Origin: Bacilli bacterium
GTDB taxonomy: Bacteria; Bacillota_I; Bacilli_A; RFN20; CAG-826
Direction of reading: 5' to 3'
DNA length: 64,000 nucleotides
Assembly (NCBI GenBank): GCA_017445245.1
Contig: JAFSUM010000012.1
Span: 10,067 to 74,066 of the forward strand
Position 1 is the stretch's first letter, and each line of letters begins with the position of its first letter. The notes beneath the pieces were generated by a model. It did no database searches. It worked only from the letters and a program-made list of their open reading frames with translations, and was not told the origin of the DNA. Made by a program: the position numbers and the translations under genes. Shown here piece after piece: positions 15,036 through 24,302 of this stretch.

Positions 15036-17970
15036 TCTTCGCCCTCCTTTCCCTTTCTTCGGCGGCGGAAAGTAAGGATCTTAAACGAATGCGGACCGCG
15101 CCAAGGTTGTTGATTTCGTCGATTTTAATCGCGGTATAAAGACGGCCTTTCTCTTCGAGGATGCGGCGCGTTTCATCCGATGTGATCGCATCCACGCCAC
15201 ATCCGAAAGAGATGAGCTGAACAAGTTCCATGTCCGGGTTCTTTGAAACGAGCCTTGCGGCTTCGTATAGACGGGCATGGTAGGTCCATTGATTTAAGAC
15301 CTTCGTGTGGAGGCGAGGTTCGTCGTAATCAAAACCATCTTCCGAAACGACCGCCACGCCAAGAGAATCCAGTAGTTTATCGATACCGTGGTTGATTTCC
15401 GGATCGACGTGATAGGGGCGCCCCGCGAGAACGATAATGCGTTTTCCTTGCTTTCTAGCTTCGGAAACGATGTCACGTGTCTTCTCTTTTACGGAATCGC
15501 GGTACTTCTTTTCAGCTTCCAAACCTTCGCGCAACGCTTCCGCAACGCCTTTCTTCGTCACGCCAAAACGTTTCAGCGAAAGATAAAGCGATTTGACCGC
15601 AAGGGAGAAAGAATCGAGTTCGAGGAAGGGGTCGAGGAAATTGGAATCATTAAGACGTGCATCGTTTTTCTTAAGCAATTCGCCGTAATATGCGACGACC
15701 GGGCAATTGAAATGATTGTCGCCCCTGCCCTCTTCGAAGTTATAGGACTGGGAAGGATAGAAGATGAAATCGACGTCTTTCTTTAATAGATAGTCGATAT
15801 GGCCGTGCATGATCTTCGCGGGGTAGCAGGCCGTGTCGCTAGGAATTGTCTTTTGGCCGTGACGGTACATATCGCGCGTCGAGAACGGAGATACTTCGAC
15901 GCCAAAGCCAAGTTTCCCAAAGAAGGTCTTCCATAGTGGAAGCTGCTCGTACATGACGAGGTTCAATGGAAGCCCAACGCAATACTTTCCAAGATTCTTG
16001 ACGTTAGATACTTTTTCCAAATAGTCGCGTTTATAGGCATAGAGGTCGAGAGAAGAGTCCCCACCTTTCTTGCCTTCCGGCTTATCGCACTTATTACCCG
16101 AGATAAACGTTCTTCCGCCAGGGAAGCGAAGGATGGAGAGGGCACAGTGCGCGGTGCAGGCATGGCAGGTGGTATGCGTTTGGGTGTAGGCGAATTGTTC
16201 AAGTTGTTCTTGTGAGATAAGCCCACCTTTACCCCCGAGTTCTTTGCAATGCAAGGCGGCGCCAAAAGCGCCCATAAGCCCGGCGATGGAGGGACGGATG
16301 ACCTGTTTGCCGATTTCTTGTTCGAACGCGCGAAGCACGGCATTGTTTAAGAACGTTCCGCCCTGGACGACGATTTTCGATCCGAGTTCGTCAGAAGAAT
16401 GGACGCGGATGACTTTATACAAAGCGTTTTTGACAACGGAACGGGAAAGACCAGCGGAAATATCGGAGACGCTCGCGCCTTCGCGCTGGGCCTGTTTGAC
16501 CGAAGAGTTCATGAAGACCGTGCAACGGCTTCCAAGCTCCACCGGGTTTTTCGCGTAGTATCCAGTTTTGGCAAAGCCTTCTGCATCGTAGCCTAAAGAG
16601 GCAGCGAAAGTCTGAAGGAATGAACCACAACCGGAAGAGCAAGCTTCGTTAAGCATGATGGAGTCAATCGCCCCGCCGCGGATACGGAAACATTTGATAT
16701 CCTGCCCGCCGATATCGATGATGAATTCGACGTCCGGGCAGAAGAATTGGGCTGCCTTTAGATGGGCAACCGTTTCGACGAGGCCATAGTCCACGCCAAG
16801 GGCGCTCTTGATGAGATCTTCGCCATAGCCCGTAACGGCACTGGAGACGATTTCGCAGGAGGGATTCTTCATCTGATAGATGAGTTTGAGTTGGGTCGCG
16901 ATGTTATCGATCGGGAGACCATTATTGGAAGCGTAATGCGAATAAAGGATTTCGTTATCTTCCGAAAGTAAGACGAGTTTCGTCGTGGTCGAGCCGGCGT
17001 CTACGCCGAGATATGCCTTTCCCTTATAGGAGGCAAAATCCCTGCGTTTTACGTCAAAATCCTCGTGATTTGCAATGAAAGTGCCGAAAGCGGCTTCGTT
17101 TTCAAATAAGCGTTCGCCCGAAAGGATCGAACCGAGCATATCGGCTCTCTCGATCTTCGAGATGATTTCGGCAAGAGAGATTTCCTCTCCAACTTTGGCC
17201 GCATGAATGGCCGCGCCTTTGGCCATGAAGGTCGAGGCATCATCTGGGAAGATGGCATTCGCTTCGGCGAGTTTGAGCCGTTTCATGAAGGCAAGGCGAA
17301 GACCCTTCAAGAAATAAAGCGGACCGCCGAGGAAAAGGACGTTCCCACCGATTTCCCTGCCTTGGGCAAGGCCGGCGATCGTCTGATCGGCGACCGCATA
17401 GAAAATCGAAAGGGCCACATCTTCTTTCGATGCGCCCTGATTTAGCAAAGACTGAATATCGCTTTTAGCGAAGACACCGCAGCGTGAAGCGATGGGATAA
17501 GCCTTCTCCGCTTTGAGGGAAAGCTCGTCCATTTCGGAGAGGGAGAGGTTCAGCAAAGTGGCCATTTGGTCGATGAAGGCACCCGTTCCGCCCGCGCATT
17601 GCCCGTTCATGCGTTCTTCGACGCCGCCGGTGATGAAGATGATCTTCGCGTCCTCGCCGCCGAGTTCGATTGCCGAATCGGCTTCAGGATAGATTTCGCG
17701 GATCGCCGTGAAGGCGCTTTGAACTTCTTGGACGAAAGGCAAACCGCTTCTTTCGCTCAAACCCAGGCCCGCTGAGCCCGTAAGGCAGACGCGCATCTTG
17801 GTATCTTTGTCTAGCGACTTTGCGATTTTGCTTAGTTCTTCTAAAGCCGTTTCCTTGACCTTGGAGGCATGGCGAAGATAATCGGCAAAAAGAACTTTGC
17901 CCGAAGCGTCCAAAACAACCGCTTTTACGGTCGTCGATCCAACGTCAATGCCAAGGGAATAACTATTCAC
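15028..17970 (-). CDS. BadF/BadG/BcrA/BcrD-type ATPase (double activase module) with C-terminal extension
   Basis: 980 aa with a GTG start. Two ASKHA-type ATPase modules (GIDVGSTTVKAVV and GVDAGSTTTKLVL) are followed by a Cys-rich domain (CHACTAHC). Confidence 0.8.
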   Translation of the reverse strand: MNSYSLGIDVGSTTVKAVVLDASGKVLFADYLRHASKVKETALEELSKIAKSLDKDTKMRVCLTGSAGLGLSERSGLPFVQEVQSAFTAIREIYPEADSAIELGGEDAKIIFITGGVEERMNGQCAGGTGAFIDQMATLLNLSLSEMDELSLKAEKAYPIASRCGVFAKSDIQSLLNQGASKEDVALSIFYAVADQTIAGLAQGREIGGNVLFLGGPLYFLKGLRLAFMKRLKLAEANAIFPDDASTFMAKGAAIHAAKVGEEISLAEIISKIERADMLGSILSGERLFENEAAFGTFIANHEDFDVKRRDFASYKGKAYLGVDAGSTTTKLVLLSEDNEILYSHYASNNGLPIDNIATQLKLIYQMKNPSCEIVSSAVTGYGEDLIKSALGVDYGLVETVAHLKAAQFFCPDVEFIIDIGGQDIKCFRIRGGAIDSIMLNEACSSGCGSFLQTFAASLGYDAEGFAKTGYYAKNPVELGSRCTVFMNSSVKQAQREGASVSDISAGLSRSVVKNALYKVIRVHSSDELGSKIVVQGGTFLNNAVLRAFEQEIGKQVIRPSIAGLMGAFGAALHCKELGGKGGLISQEQLEQFAYTQTHTTCHACTAHCALSILRFPGGRTFISGNKCDKPEGKKGGDSSLDLYAYKRDYLEKVSNVKNLGKYCVGLPLNLVMYEQLPLWKTFFGKLGFGVEVSPFSTRDMYRHGQKTIPSDTACYPAKIMHGHIDYLLKKDVDFIFYPSQSYNFEEGRGDNHFNCPVVAYYGELLKKNDARLNDSNFLDPFLELDSFSLAVKSLYLSLKRFGVTKKGVAEALREGLEAEKKYRDSVKEKTRDIVSEARKQGKRIIVLAGRPYHVDPEINHGIDKLLDSLGVAVVSEDGFDYDEPRLHTKVLNQWTYHARLYEAARLVSKNPDMELVQLISFGCGVDAITSDETRRILEEKGRLYTAIKIDEINNLGAVRIRLRSLLSAAEERERRAKNG

Positions 17971-18037
17971 GCGGGTAATAATAGAGAAAAATGACGAAAA
18001 GGGGAAATCATTTGCGTCAACGAACGTGTGAAATCGC

Positions 18038-18541
18038 TTACTCTTTGCGGAAGGCTTTTATGATTTTGCCGCAGTAGATGGTATGGACCCCGTCTTTGCG
18101 ATACCAATCCAAAATCGGTTTGGGTTTGATTTTATCGATATCGAAATCCGTTTGTCCCATCTTCTCGCAGAAGACGACGAGTTCGGCTTCTTCAAAGAGG
18201 AAATAACCGTCTTCTTCTTTGAGAGTCAGTCTGCTTTTCAAGACTTTGTCTTCATTTCTTCCCGATGCCGAGCCGAAATAAGAGAGCTGTGAGGCATGTT
18301 CTTTCCCGAAAAAGCAAACGGCAAAGCGATCAGCCTGATCGAAAAGTTGTTTGGAGTAACGCGTCTTGTGAACGTAAACGCTCAGGCAAGGAACGCGCCA
18401 TAAAACGCCCAAGGACCCCCAAGCAATGGTCATCGGGTTGGCGGTTTCGCCTTTTCGTACCATCGTGACCGCGCCTTGGCCAAAGAGATCGACGGCGTTT
18501 TTATAGTTGGTGATTTCGGTTGGTTTGATTTCTTTGAACAT
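18038..18541 (-). CDS. Flavin reductase-like (FMN-binding split barrel) protein
   Basis: The ATG at 18541 gives MFKEIKPTEI...NPMTIAWGSLGVLW. The track start at 18586 is a TTG. Confidence 0.65.
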   Translation of the reverse strand: MFKEIKPTEITNYKNAVDLFGQGAVTMVRKGETANPMTIAWGSLGVLWRVPCLSVYVHKTRYSKQLFDQADRFAVCFFGKEHASQLSYFGSASGRNEDKVLKSRLTLKEEDGYFLFEEAELVVFCEKMGQTDFDIDKIKPKPILDWYRKDGVHTIYCGKIIKAFRKE

Positions 18542-18625
18542 GGTTTTCGTTTGGATTATAACCGACGGCTCTTTTCCTTCCAGCAAAAAACAATCCTTTC
18601 GAGAAAGTCCTGTTTTTTGAACATT

Positions 18626-19651
18626 CTAGAGTTTCTTGCAAACAATGCCGTCAACGGTGTAAAAGCCTTCGCCAAATGCGACTTTGGCAGCGCCATCTCT
18701 TCGGCCAAACACATTCTCGCCAATCGGATAGAACTTGAATTTGAAATTGCGGCTCACTTCATTGGAAGCTAGACCATAGAGGTCTCCGTCCTTCATCCAC
18801 ACTTCTTTTAACTTAAAATCCTTACAGTTCGTTTCGTATTTGCCGCAGTAAGATTCCCACTTGCTCTTATCAGGGTTCTTAACGGTCTTGAAGAAGATTG
18901 GGCTAATCCAATAACAATGGTATTTATGGTCGAACGTGTAGCCTAGCTTTTCCGAAAGGTGAACCGATTTCACGTTCGCGGCATCCCAGGTTGGTTTCCA
19001 TCCCCTGTCCAAACAATCGAGAATCAGCTTCGCGGAAGCGGCGCTGGCCAGTCCTTTTCGCCGATGCCTCTTATCGACGTCAACTTCAATATCGATCGCC
19101 TTAGGAAAGCGATACGCAGCAGAAGCGCCTCCCACTACTTTGCCATCCTTAACAACGGCATACCCTATTCCATGTTCTAAGAACTGTTTTTTGCTATCAA
19201 ACCAACCGATTAAGTCTTCGAGTTCTTCGTCCTCTACCTTCTTGCACAAATCATAGGTTTTAGAATCGATGAACTTAAGTTCATACCCTTCCGGCAGGGC
19301 GTCTACCATCGCCTGAAGTTTATCCCTATCGAAGTTCGCGTCATGCTTAAGGGCAAAGCGAGTATCTTTTCCCGCTTCGGGAAAGCATTGTTTGATGAGT
19401 CGTTCCCATTCTTTGTTTTGGGGGAAGAGACCAAACCATTCCTTTTGCTTTCTAATGATTAATGCCTTGTTTGGTTTCCCGGCGCAATAATACCAGCCCC
19501 CAAGGCAGCCGATCGCAGACTTTGGAGAAACGGGGTCATCGACATATATTCTGATTTTTTGGTTCAGACACAAAGGCCAATAAGGGAAAGGCCAATCGCC
19601 AAATAGTTTTTCGACTTTCCAGTATTCTTCTTTTTTCAATGAATGGACCAT
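18626..19651 (-). CDS. GNAT acetyltransferase (ZmaR-like two-domain type) with extra C-terminal domain
   Basis: ATG at 19651 (the track start at 19669 is GTG). GNAT core IEVDVDKRHRRKGLASAASAKLI and EKLGY. Confidence 0.7.
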   Translation of the reverse strand: MVHSLKKEEYWKVEKLFGDWPFPYWPLCLNQKIRIYVDDPVSPKSAIGCLGGWYYCAGKPNKALIIRKQKEWFGLFPQNKEWERLIKQCFPEAGKDTRFALKHDANFDRDKLQAMVDALPEGYELKFIDSKTYDLCKKVEDEELEDLIGWFDSKKQFLEHGIGYAVVKDGKVVGGASAAYRFPKAIDIEVDVDKRHRRKGLASAASAKLILDCLDRGWKPTWDAANVKSVHLSEKLGYTFDHKYHCYWISPIFFKTVKNPDKSKWESYCGKYETNCKDFKLKEVWMKDGDLYGLASNEVSRNFKFKFYPIGENVFGRRDGAAKVAFGEGFYTVDGIVCKKL

Positions 19652-19671
19652 AATCGAACTTCGAACCACCG

Positions 19672-20745
19672 TCAGTTCTTTCTAAGGCCGGATTCTTGAT
19701 AATGTCTGTTCTTTTCCCGGTACATCATCTCATCCGATTCTTTCAGCAAGTCGCTGATTAGTCGATTACCGTCGAGATTGAAACTATAGCCGATGGCACA
19801 GCTATACTCCGTCCCGGAAATATATTTTTGAATGTGCTCAACGATGCCTAGTACTTCTTCTTTTGGAGTTTTGCGGCAAACGACAATGAATTCGTCGCCC
19901 CCGATCCGATAACCGGATTGTTTGCTTTTCAAAGCGCGCATGATGCATAAAGAAATGGAAACCAGCGCTTCGTCTCCCGCAGCATGGCCGATCGTGTCAT
20001 TGATGGTTTTGAGTCCATTCATATCGATCGAGATGATCGCAGTAATGGCCTTTGGGTCATTGTTCACATCCGCATAGTAGGCATGGCGATTTAGTAAACC
20101 CGTCAAAGAATCCTTTTTAACGATTTGGAGCAACGTGAATTCGAAATAGGAGAATAAGGCGATGGCGATGATTAAACAGAAGATGCTAGCAAAGTCGCCC
20201 TGCAAAACGAAAGGTAAAACCAAACCAGAACCAAGCGCGAACGCCAGGAAAGCAATATAAACGATCTCCGTTGGCTTTTTGTTGCTGCGTTTGACCAAAA
20301 GGAAAATAAGGAGAGCGCTGTATAGACCTACCATGATGAAGGGCAGGTATCCCAATGGGCCGCGCACCAACTCGTTGTTCTCGTTAATTTTGAAAACGAT
20401 GCCCGTAAAAATGGAGATGAAGTTCACGATTACCAAAGCGAAAGCGGGAATGAAAATAAACCAGCGGAGCCGCTTTACCAAAGCGAATATCAAAAGGGCG
20501 ATGATTAACGGGGTCGCGCTATATCGAATTGCCATTAGGACGGTACGTAAGTCCCTGAGCTCTGGCTTCTTGGCAATATAGAACTCAGCGAAGACGACAA
20601 CGGAAAGCAAGAAGACCGCCGCCAAAAGAACATACATACGGATCTTTGTTTTCTTATCCAAAAACACCGTTGTAATAAGCGAAATGACAAACGCGAGCAG
20701 GACTAGAATCAGTGGCCAATTTTGAAGTAAGTATTCTTTAATCAT
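19672..20745 (-). CDS. Membrane-bound diguanylate cyclase (GGDEF domain)
   Basis: The ATG at 20745 gives MIKEYLL (the track start at 20799 is TTG). About 6 TM helices, then LTGLLNRH, DMNGLKTINDTIGH and RIGGDEF. Confidence 0.85.
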   Translation of the reverse strand: MIKEYLLQNWPLILVLLAFVISLITTVFLDKKTKIRMYVLLAAVFLLSVVVFAEFYIAKKPELRDLRTVLMAIRYSATPLIIALLIFALVKRLRWFIFIPAFALVIVNFISIFTGIVFKINENNELVRGPLGYLPFIMVGLYSALLIFLLVKRSNKKPTEIVYIAFLAFALGSGLVLPFVLQGDFASIFCLIIAIALFSYFEFTLLQIVKKDSLTGLLNRHAYYADVNNDPKAITAIISIDMNGLKTINDTIGHAAGDEALVSISLCIMRALKSKQSGYRIGGDEFIVVCRKTPKEEVLGIVEHIQKYISGTEYSCAIGYSFNLDGNRLISDLLKESDEMMYREKNRHYQESGLRKN

Positions 20746-20838
20746 CAAGTTACCTAACGTCCAAGATTTTACTACATTTGGCAAAAACGGTTCGCTCAAT
20801 TATCCCCGCCTTAAAAACATCGCATCCATTTTTTAGCA

Positions 20839-21680
20839 TTACGATAGATTTTTCTCCGCAAATCTTTGGGTAAATACCTCTTTATATCCTAATGATTCGT
20901 ATATGTGTCTAGCGTTTTCGTTGCCTTCGACGCACCATAAAACGGGTTCGTCTATGGCTTTATCAATAAGGCGGTTGGTAAGATACTTCACGAATTGTTT
21001 TCCCAAACCTTTTCCTTGATGGGAAATCTTAACGGAAACGGAACTTAGTTCTTCTTCGTCGAGATTGGCATACCCAACGATTTCCCCATCCATCTCGATA
21101 ACGTATTTCTCTTTTGCCCAACGCAGCCATCTTTCCCTCGTGTCTTTTCTTGGAGCGGCCACGACCGAATCGGGAAAACAACCAGTCCCCACTCTCATTC
21201 TATGAAAAGCTTCCGCACTCAAACGGAAGGCCTCGTCGAAATCCTCGTCCCGATACTGCCGAACAGGAAGGTCGGGTTCTTCGAATTTGTCGCCATCGTA
21301 TTTCATCAACGTTGACGCCCAGGTTAACTGATAACCGTTTTTGAGCACGAAACGCTTTGCGTTATCGTTGTTGAAGGCATAGATAGCGGTAATCTTTTTC
21401 ATGGACGAAGCCAGATAATTCCGCTCGATTTGCTTTAACGCTGCCGTACCATAGCCTTTGTTTCGGTATTCCTTGAAAACGTAAAAGACATATGCGGTTC
21501 GTCATCGTTCTCAATGTAAGCTATGCCAATGACGGTATCGCCAAGCATCAAAGCAAATATCTCTTCGCTTTCTTCTTCGATTTCCGCAACGAACTCTTCT
21601 CCGGTTTCTTCAAGATCGATAAGCGGAAGAAACTCGGTCAAGTTCTCTCCTTTATTTATTCTTATTTCGGCGGTATTCAT
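20839..21680 (-). pseudogene. Tandem GNAT-GNAT acetyltransferase interrupted by a frameshift near 21490-21500
   Basis: Track ORFs 21435..21680 and 20839..21402 lie in different frames. Reading the second frame upstream of its ATG gives AYVFYVFKEYRNKGYGTAALKQIE, which completes the first GNAT core begun by ..VIGIAYIENDDEP. Confidence 0.7.
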
Positions 21681-21758
21681 AACGGATGGCCCTCGTTTTC
21701 ATGATTCTAATACAAGAAAAAAGGACTGACACATCGTACCAATCCTATCTTCTTAAGT

Positions 21759-21835
21759 TGGTGACCCGTACGGGATTCGAACCCATGAATGTATCCTTGA
21801 AAGGGATATGAGTTAAGCCACTTCTCCAACGGGCC
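21759..21835 (-). tRNA. trnE: tRNA-Glu (anticodon UUC)
   Basis: Reverse complement is GGCCCGTTGGAG..TATCCCTTTCAAGGATA..GGTTCGAATCCCGTACGGGTCACCA. Anticodon loop is CTTTCAA. Confidence 0.85.
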
Positions 21836-21838
21836 ACA

Positions 21839-21913
21839 TGGCGCTCAGCATAGGATTCGAACCTACAACCGATCGGTTAACAGCCGATTGCTCTACCGTT
21901 GAGCTAGCTGAGC
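21839..21913 (-). tRNA. trnN: tRNA-Asn (anticodon GUU)
   Basis: Reverse complement is GCTCAGCTAGCTCAACGGTAGAGCAATCGGCTGTTAACCGAT..GGTTCGAATCCTATGCTGAGCGCCA. Confidence 0.9.
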
Positions 21914-22002
21914 GTCTGCCTTTTCAGGCACGGACAATAATAGACGCGCTCAAAGCGGTTTGCAATCACTTTTGAAACGTTTCGCGCCAAGGAAACGGGA
22001 GA

Positions 22003-22236
22003 TTATTCCCCGAGCTTCTTTTTCACCGCGCCATAGAGGTCGGCGACGGTCTTGAAAGCGGTGAGTTCTTCGGTCTGGAAGGAGATGCCAAAGCGATCCT
22101 CCAAATCCAAGCACATTTCGACGATATCAAGGGAATCGAGGCCGAGGTCCTTAAGGGATTTCGTCTCATCGACCTTCTTGACGCCAAGGCGTTCCGCAAA
22201 CATCGCGCGGAACTGTTCAAACTTCGTTTCTGCCAT
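22003..22236 (-). CDS. acpP: Acyl carrier protein
   Basis: 77 aa. The phosphopantetheine attachment motif LGLDSLDIVE is present. Confidence 0.9.
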   Translation of the reverse strand: MAETKFEQFRAMFAERLGVKKVDETKSLKDLGLDSLDIVEMCLDLEDRFGISFQTEELTAFKTVADLYGAVKKKLGE

Positions 22237-22270
22237 AATGAATTCCTTTTCTCGCGGTAATTATAATGAC

Positions 22271-22311
22271 GAATCCCAAAGAATGGAAAGCCCCGAAGCA
22301 ACGCCTCGGGG
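22271..22311 (-). terminator. Rho-independent terminator downstream of the pilin gene
   Basis: Minus strand reads GCCCCGAGGCGTTGCTTCGGGGC followed by TTTCCATTCTTT. Confidence 0.55.
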
Positions 22312-22424
22312 CAATCAGCCTCCCTTCTGGATAAGGGAAGTTTGCTAGGATACCTAGCCATAACGACCTGCGCTATCCCGGTCTAACGCCGTTTGGTCGT
22401 AACCTTTAATCCCGGGATAACGTC

Positions 22425-22577
22425 TTATCGGGACGAGACGAAGGACGTCTCTTGATCGACGCGCCGCGAAACGGTATCCGTCGAACGATTGAAGACCCCG
22501 ACCATGGCTCCCGCCACGGCGGCGAACAAGGCCAAGACCAGAATCATGCCGAGCAATTGTCCTTTGATTTCTGACAT
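22425..22577 (-). CDS. Small Flp/archaeal-type pilin-like protein (50 aa; not in ORF track)
   Basis: The ATG at 22577 is preceded by AGGAGG with a 6-nt spacer. The product is MSEIKGQLLGMILVLALFAAVAGAMVGVFNRSTDTVSRRVDQETSFVSSR. It is the last gene of the Tad-like operon. Confidence 0.65.
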   Translation of the reverse strand: MSEIKGQLLGMILVLALFAAVAGAMVGVFNRSTDTVSRRVDQETSFVSSR

Positions 22578-22593
22578 CGCTTTCCTCCTTTCA

Positions 22594-22941
22594 TCAATCT
22601 TTGTAATAACCGACGACCGCGCTTCGCTTGACGCCTATATGCATCGTTTCCTTCTTTAGAAGGAACGGGTCGTAGTCTTTGCTAAGGTAATAAATGACGG
22701 TGTCGCCGATGCGAAAACTGGTCGCACTACCGCCTTCCACGGTCAACGTCGCTTTATAGGATGAGACAAGTTTCCGCGTATATTCGCTGATGCGCCCATC
22801 TCTAGAAATGCGGTAACTGACCGTCGTCGCTAGGGAATCGAGCGAGTTCTTGACGATGTTTACGTTCAAAAGGTCACCCGAGAGTAAGAGGATGGACATC
22901 AAGAAAGCCAAGGATAATAAGAGGCCGAGTTTATAAGACAT
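22594..22941 (-). CDS. Pseudopilin-like / TadE- or DUF4320-like protein with one N-terminal hydrophobic segment
   Basis: 115 aa. N-terminus reads MSYKLGLLLSLAFLMSILLLSG. Operon position is next to the pilin. The family name is tentative. Confidence 0.45.
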   Translation of the reverse strand: MSYKLGLLLSLAFLMSILLLSGDLLNVNIVKNSLDSLATTVSYRISRDGRISEYTRKLVSSYKATLTVEGGSATSFRIGDTVIYYLSKDYDPFLLKKETMHIGVKRSAVVGYYKD

Positions 22942-23599
22942 CGAGCATTTCCTCCATAATGGAAAGAATCGATAACGTTAAGGTAAGCATCGTTAAACCC
23001 GAACCGCATAAAGGCAAAAAGGAAAGCGTATCTAGGCGTTCTAGACGCGTCGATTTGCTGATGGAACGTTTCGTATCCGCCAAGCGGGCGAACAAGCGTT
23101 TGAACTGGGCAAGATAAAGACCCCCTTCGCCCTCGTCGATCATCTGGTAGACGGCCACCATAACCTCGCGGATGCTGATCTGCTCGAAAATAGAAGCAAA
23201 CGCAACGAAGGGGGCGACGCTTTTATCCTCGTCGATATCGTGGAGAAGTTTCTTTAATAGGCCATTCAGCTCCTCGCCAGCGAAATCCAGTAGTTTCTCC
23301 AAAGCGTTATAAACGGTAAAGCCATCCGTGATATAGATTCCGAAGAAAGTAAATAACGTGATGAACTCATCGCATAACGCTTCGAGTTTCTTGCGTTTTA
23401 GGGCGTCGTAACGGGTCAAAAAGACGAAGGCATAGACAACGAAACCCAGCGCGGGAAATAGGAGCAGGAAGTTCAACCCAATATACCAATACATGGCCAC
23501 TCCGATTCCCAAAAACGCTAGGACCGATAACCCAAAGAAAAGGAACTCCTTTTTGGGATCGCGACCGAGATATTTCATGTCCGCGAGCAACTTAGACAT
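22931..23599 (-). CDS. Type II secretion system F-family membrane protein (TadC-like)
   Basis: 222 aa with TM helices flanking a cytoplasmic helical domain. Sits in tandem with a second similar protein and the ATPase. Confidence 0.6.
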   Translation of the reverse strand: MSKLLADMKYLGRDPKKEFLFFGLSVLAFLGIGVAMYWYIGLNFLLLFPALGFVVYAFVFLTRYDALKRKKLEALCDEFITLFTFFGIYITDGFTVYNALEKLLDFAGEELNGLLKKLLHDIDEDKSVAPFVAFASIFEQISIREVMVAVYQMIDEGEGGLYLAQFKRLFARLADTKRSISKSTRLERLDTLSFLPLCGSGLTMLTLTLSILSIMEEMLDVL

Positions 23600-24302
23600 G
23601 GCGCTTCCTCCAAGAAAACGCCCTCTGTCCCGTATAGTGACGGAGGAAAAGATACAAAGAGAAAAGCAAGAAGGCGAAGAATACGCTGACTGACCCCAGA
23701 TAAATCCACGAATTACTTAAAGACTGAAAGAAAGAAGATAAGCCAAAGCGCAGGAACGTCAGAATGCCCAAGGAAACAAGCCAAAGGAAACAATAGGAAA
23801 CCAGTTTCCTTTTGGCCTCCTTCTCGTAACTCTGTTCCGTTTCTTCTTCATTACTTGCTTCTGCCATCAATTCACCGGAAATCTTCAGCACGTCACCACC
23901 TCTATCAAGGTAGAGGCGAAGAAGTGAAAGGAACATCTTGTACGTATCACTTTGGAAATAGCCAGCGAGATACTCGGTCTTCGCCCGAGGTGACATCGTC
24001 TCCATGCTGCCATTGAGGGTTTTGAATTCCTCCCCAAAACCTTCGCTTGCCGTTTCATAGGCTTTCTCCAGGGAGGTTGTCACCGATAAGGTGATGAGAT
24101 AACGGTGCAAGAACAAGTAGCATTCGTGACGTAGCCTCGACTTCCTCGACGCGGCGATAAGCATCGGGCGATAAAGGATCGTCCCACATGCCAAGGCGGC
24201 GACCCCTACCCCAGCCCCGAGAAACCATTTATCGCTGCATAAATAGGCTAGACCACCTAGCAAAACGGCGCACAAAAAGACATATAGCATTCCGTTTTTC
24301 AT
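23592..24302 (-). CDS. Type II secretion system F-family membrane protein (TadB-like)
   Basis: 236 aa with the same architecture. 4-nt overlap with the ATPase gene. Confidence 0.6.
   Translation of the reverse strand: MKNGMLYVFLCAVLLGGLAYLCSDKWFLGAGVGVAALACGTILYRPMLIAASRKSRLRHECYLFLHRYLITLSVTTSLEKAYETASEGFGEEFKTLNGSMETMSPRAKTEYLAGYFQSDTYKMFLSLLRLYLDRGGDVLKISGELMAEASNEEETEQSYEKEAKRKLVSYCFLWLVSLGILTFLRFGLSSFFQSLSNSWIYLGSVSVFFAFLLFSLYLFLRHYTGQRAFSWRKRHV

Noticed and set aside
22023-22361. 112-aa minus-strand ORF overlapping acpP
   Set aside because: It is out of frame with the clearly identifiable ACP (LGLDSLDIVE), and it spans the pilin terminator.
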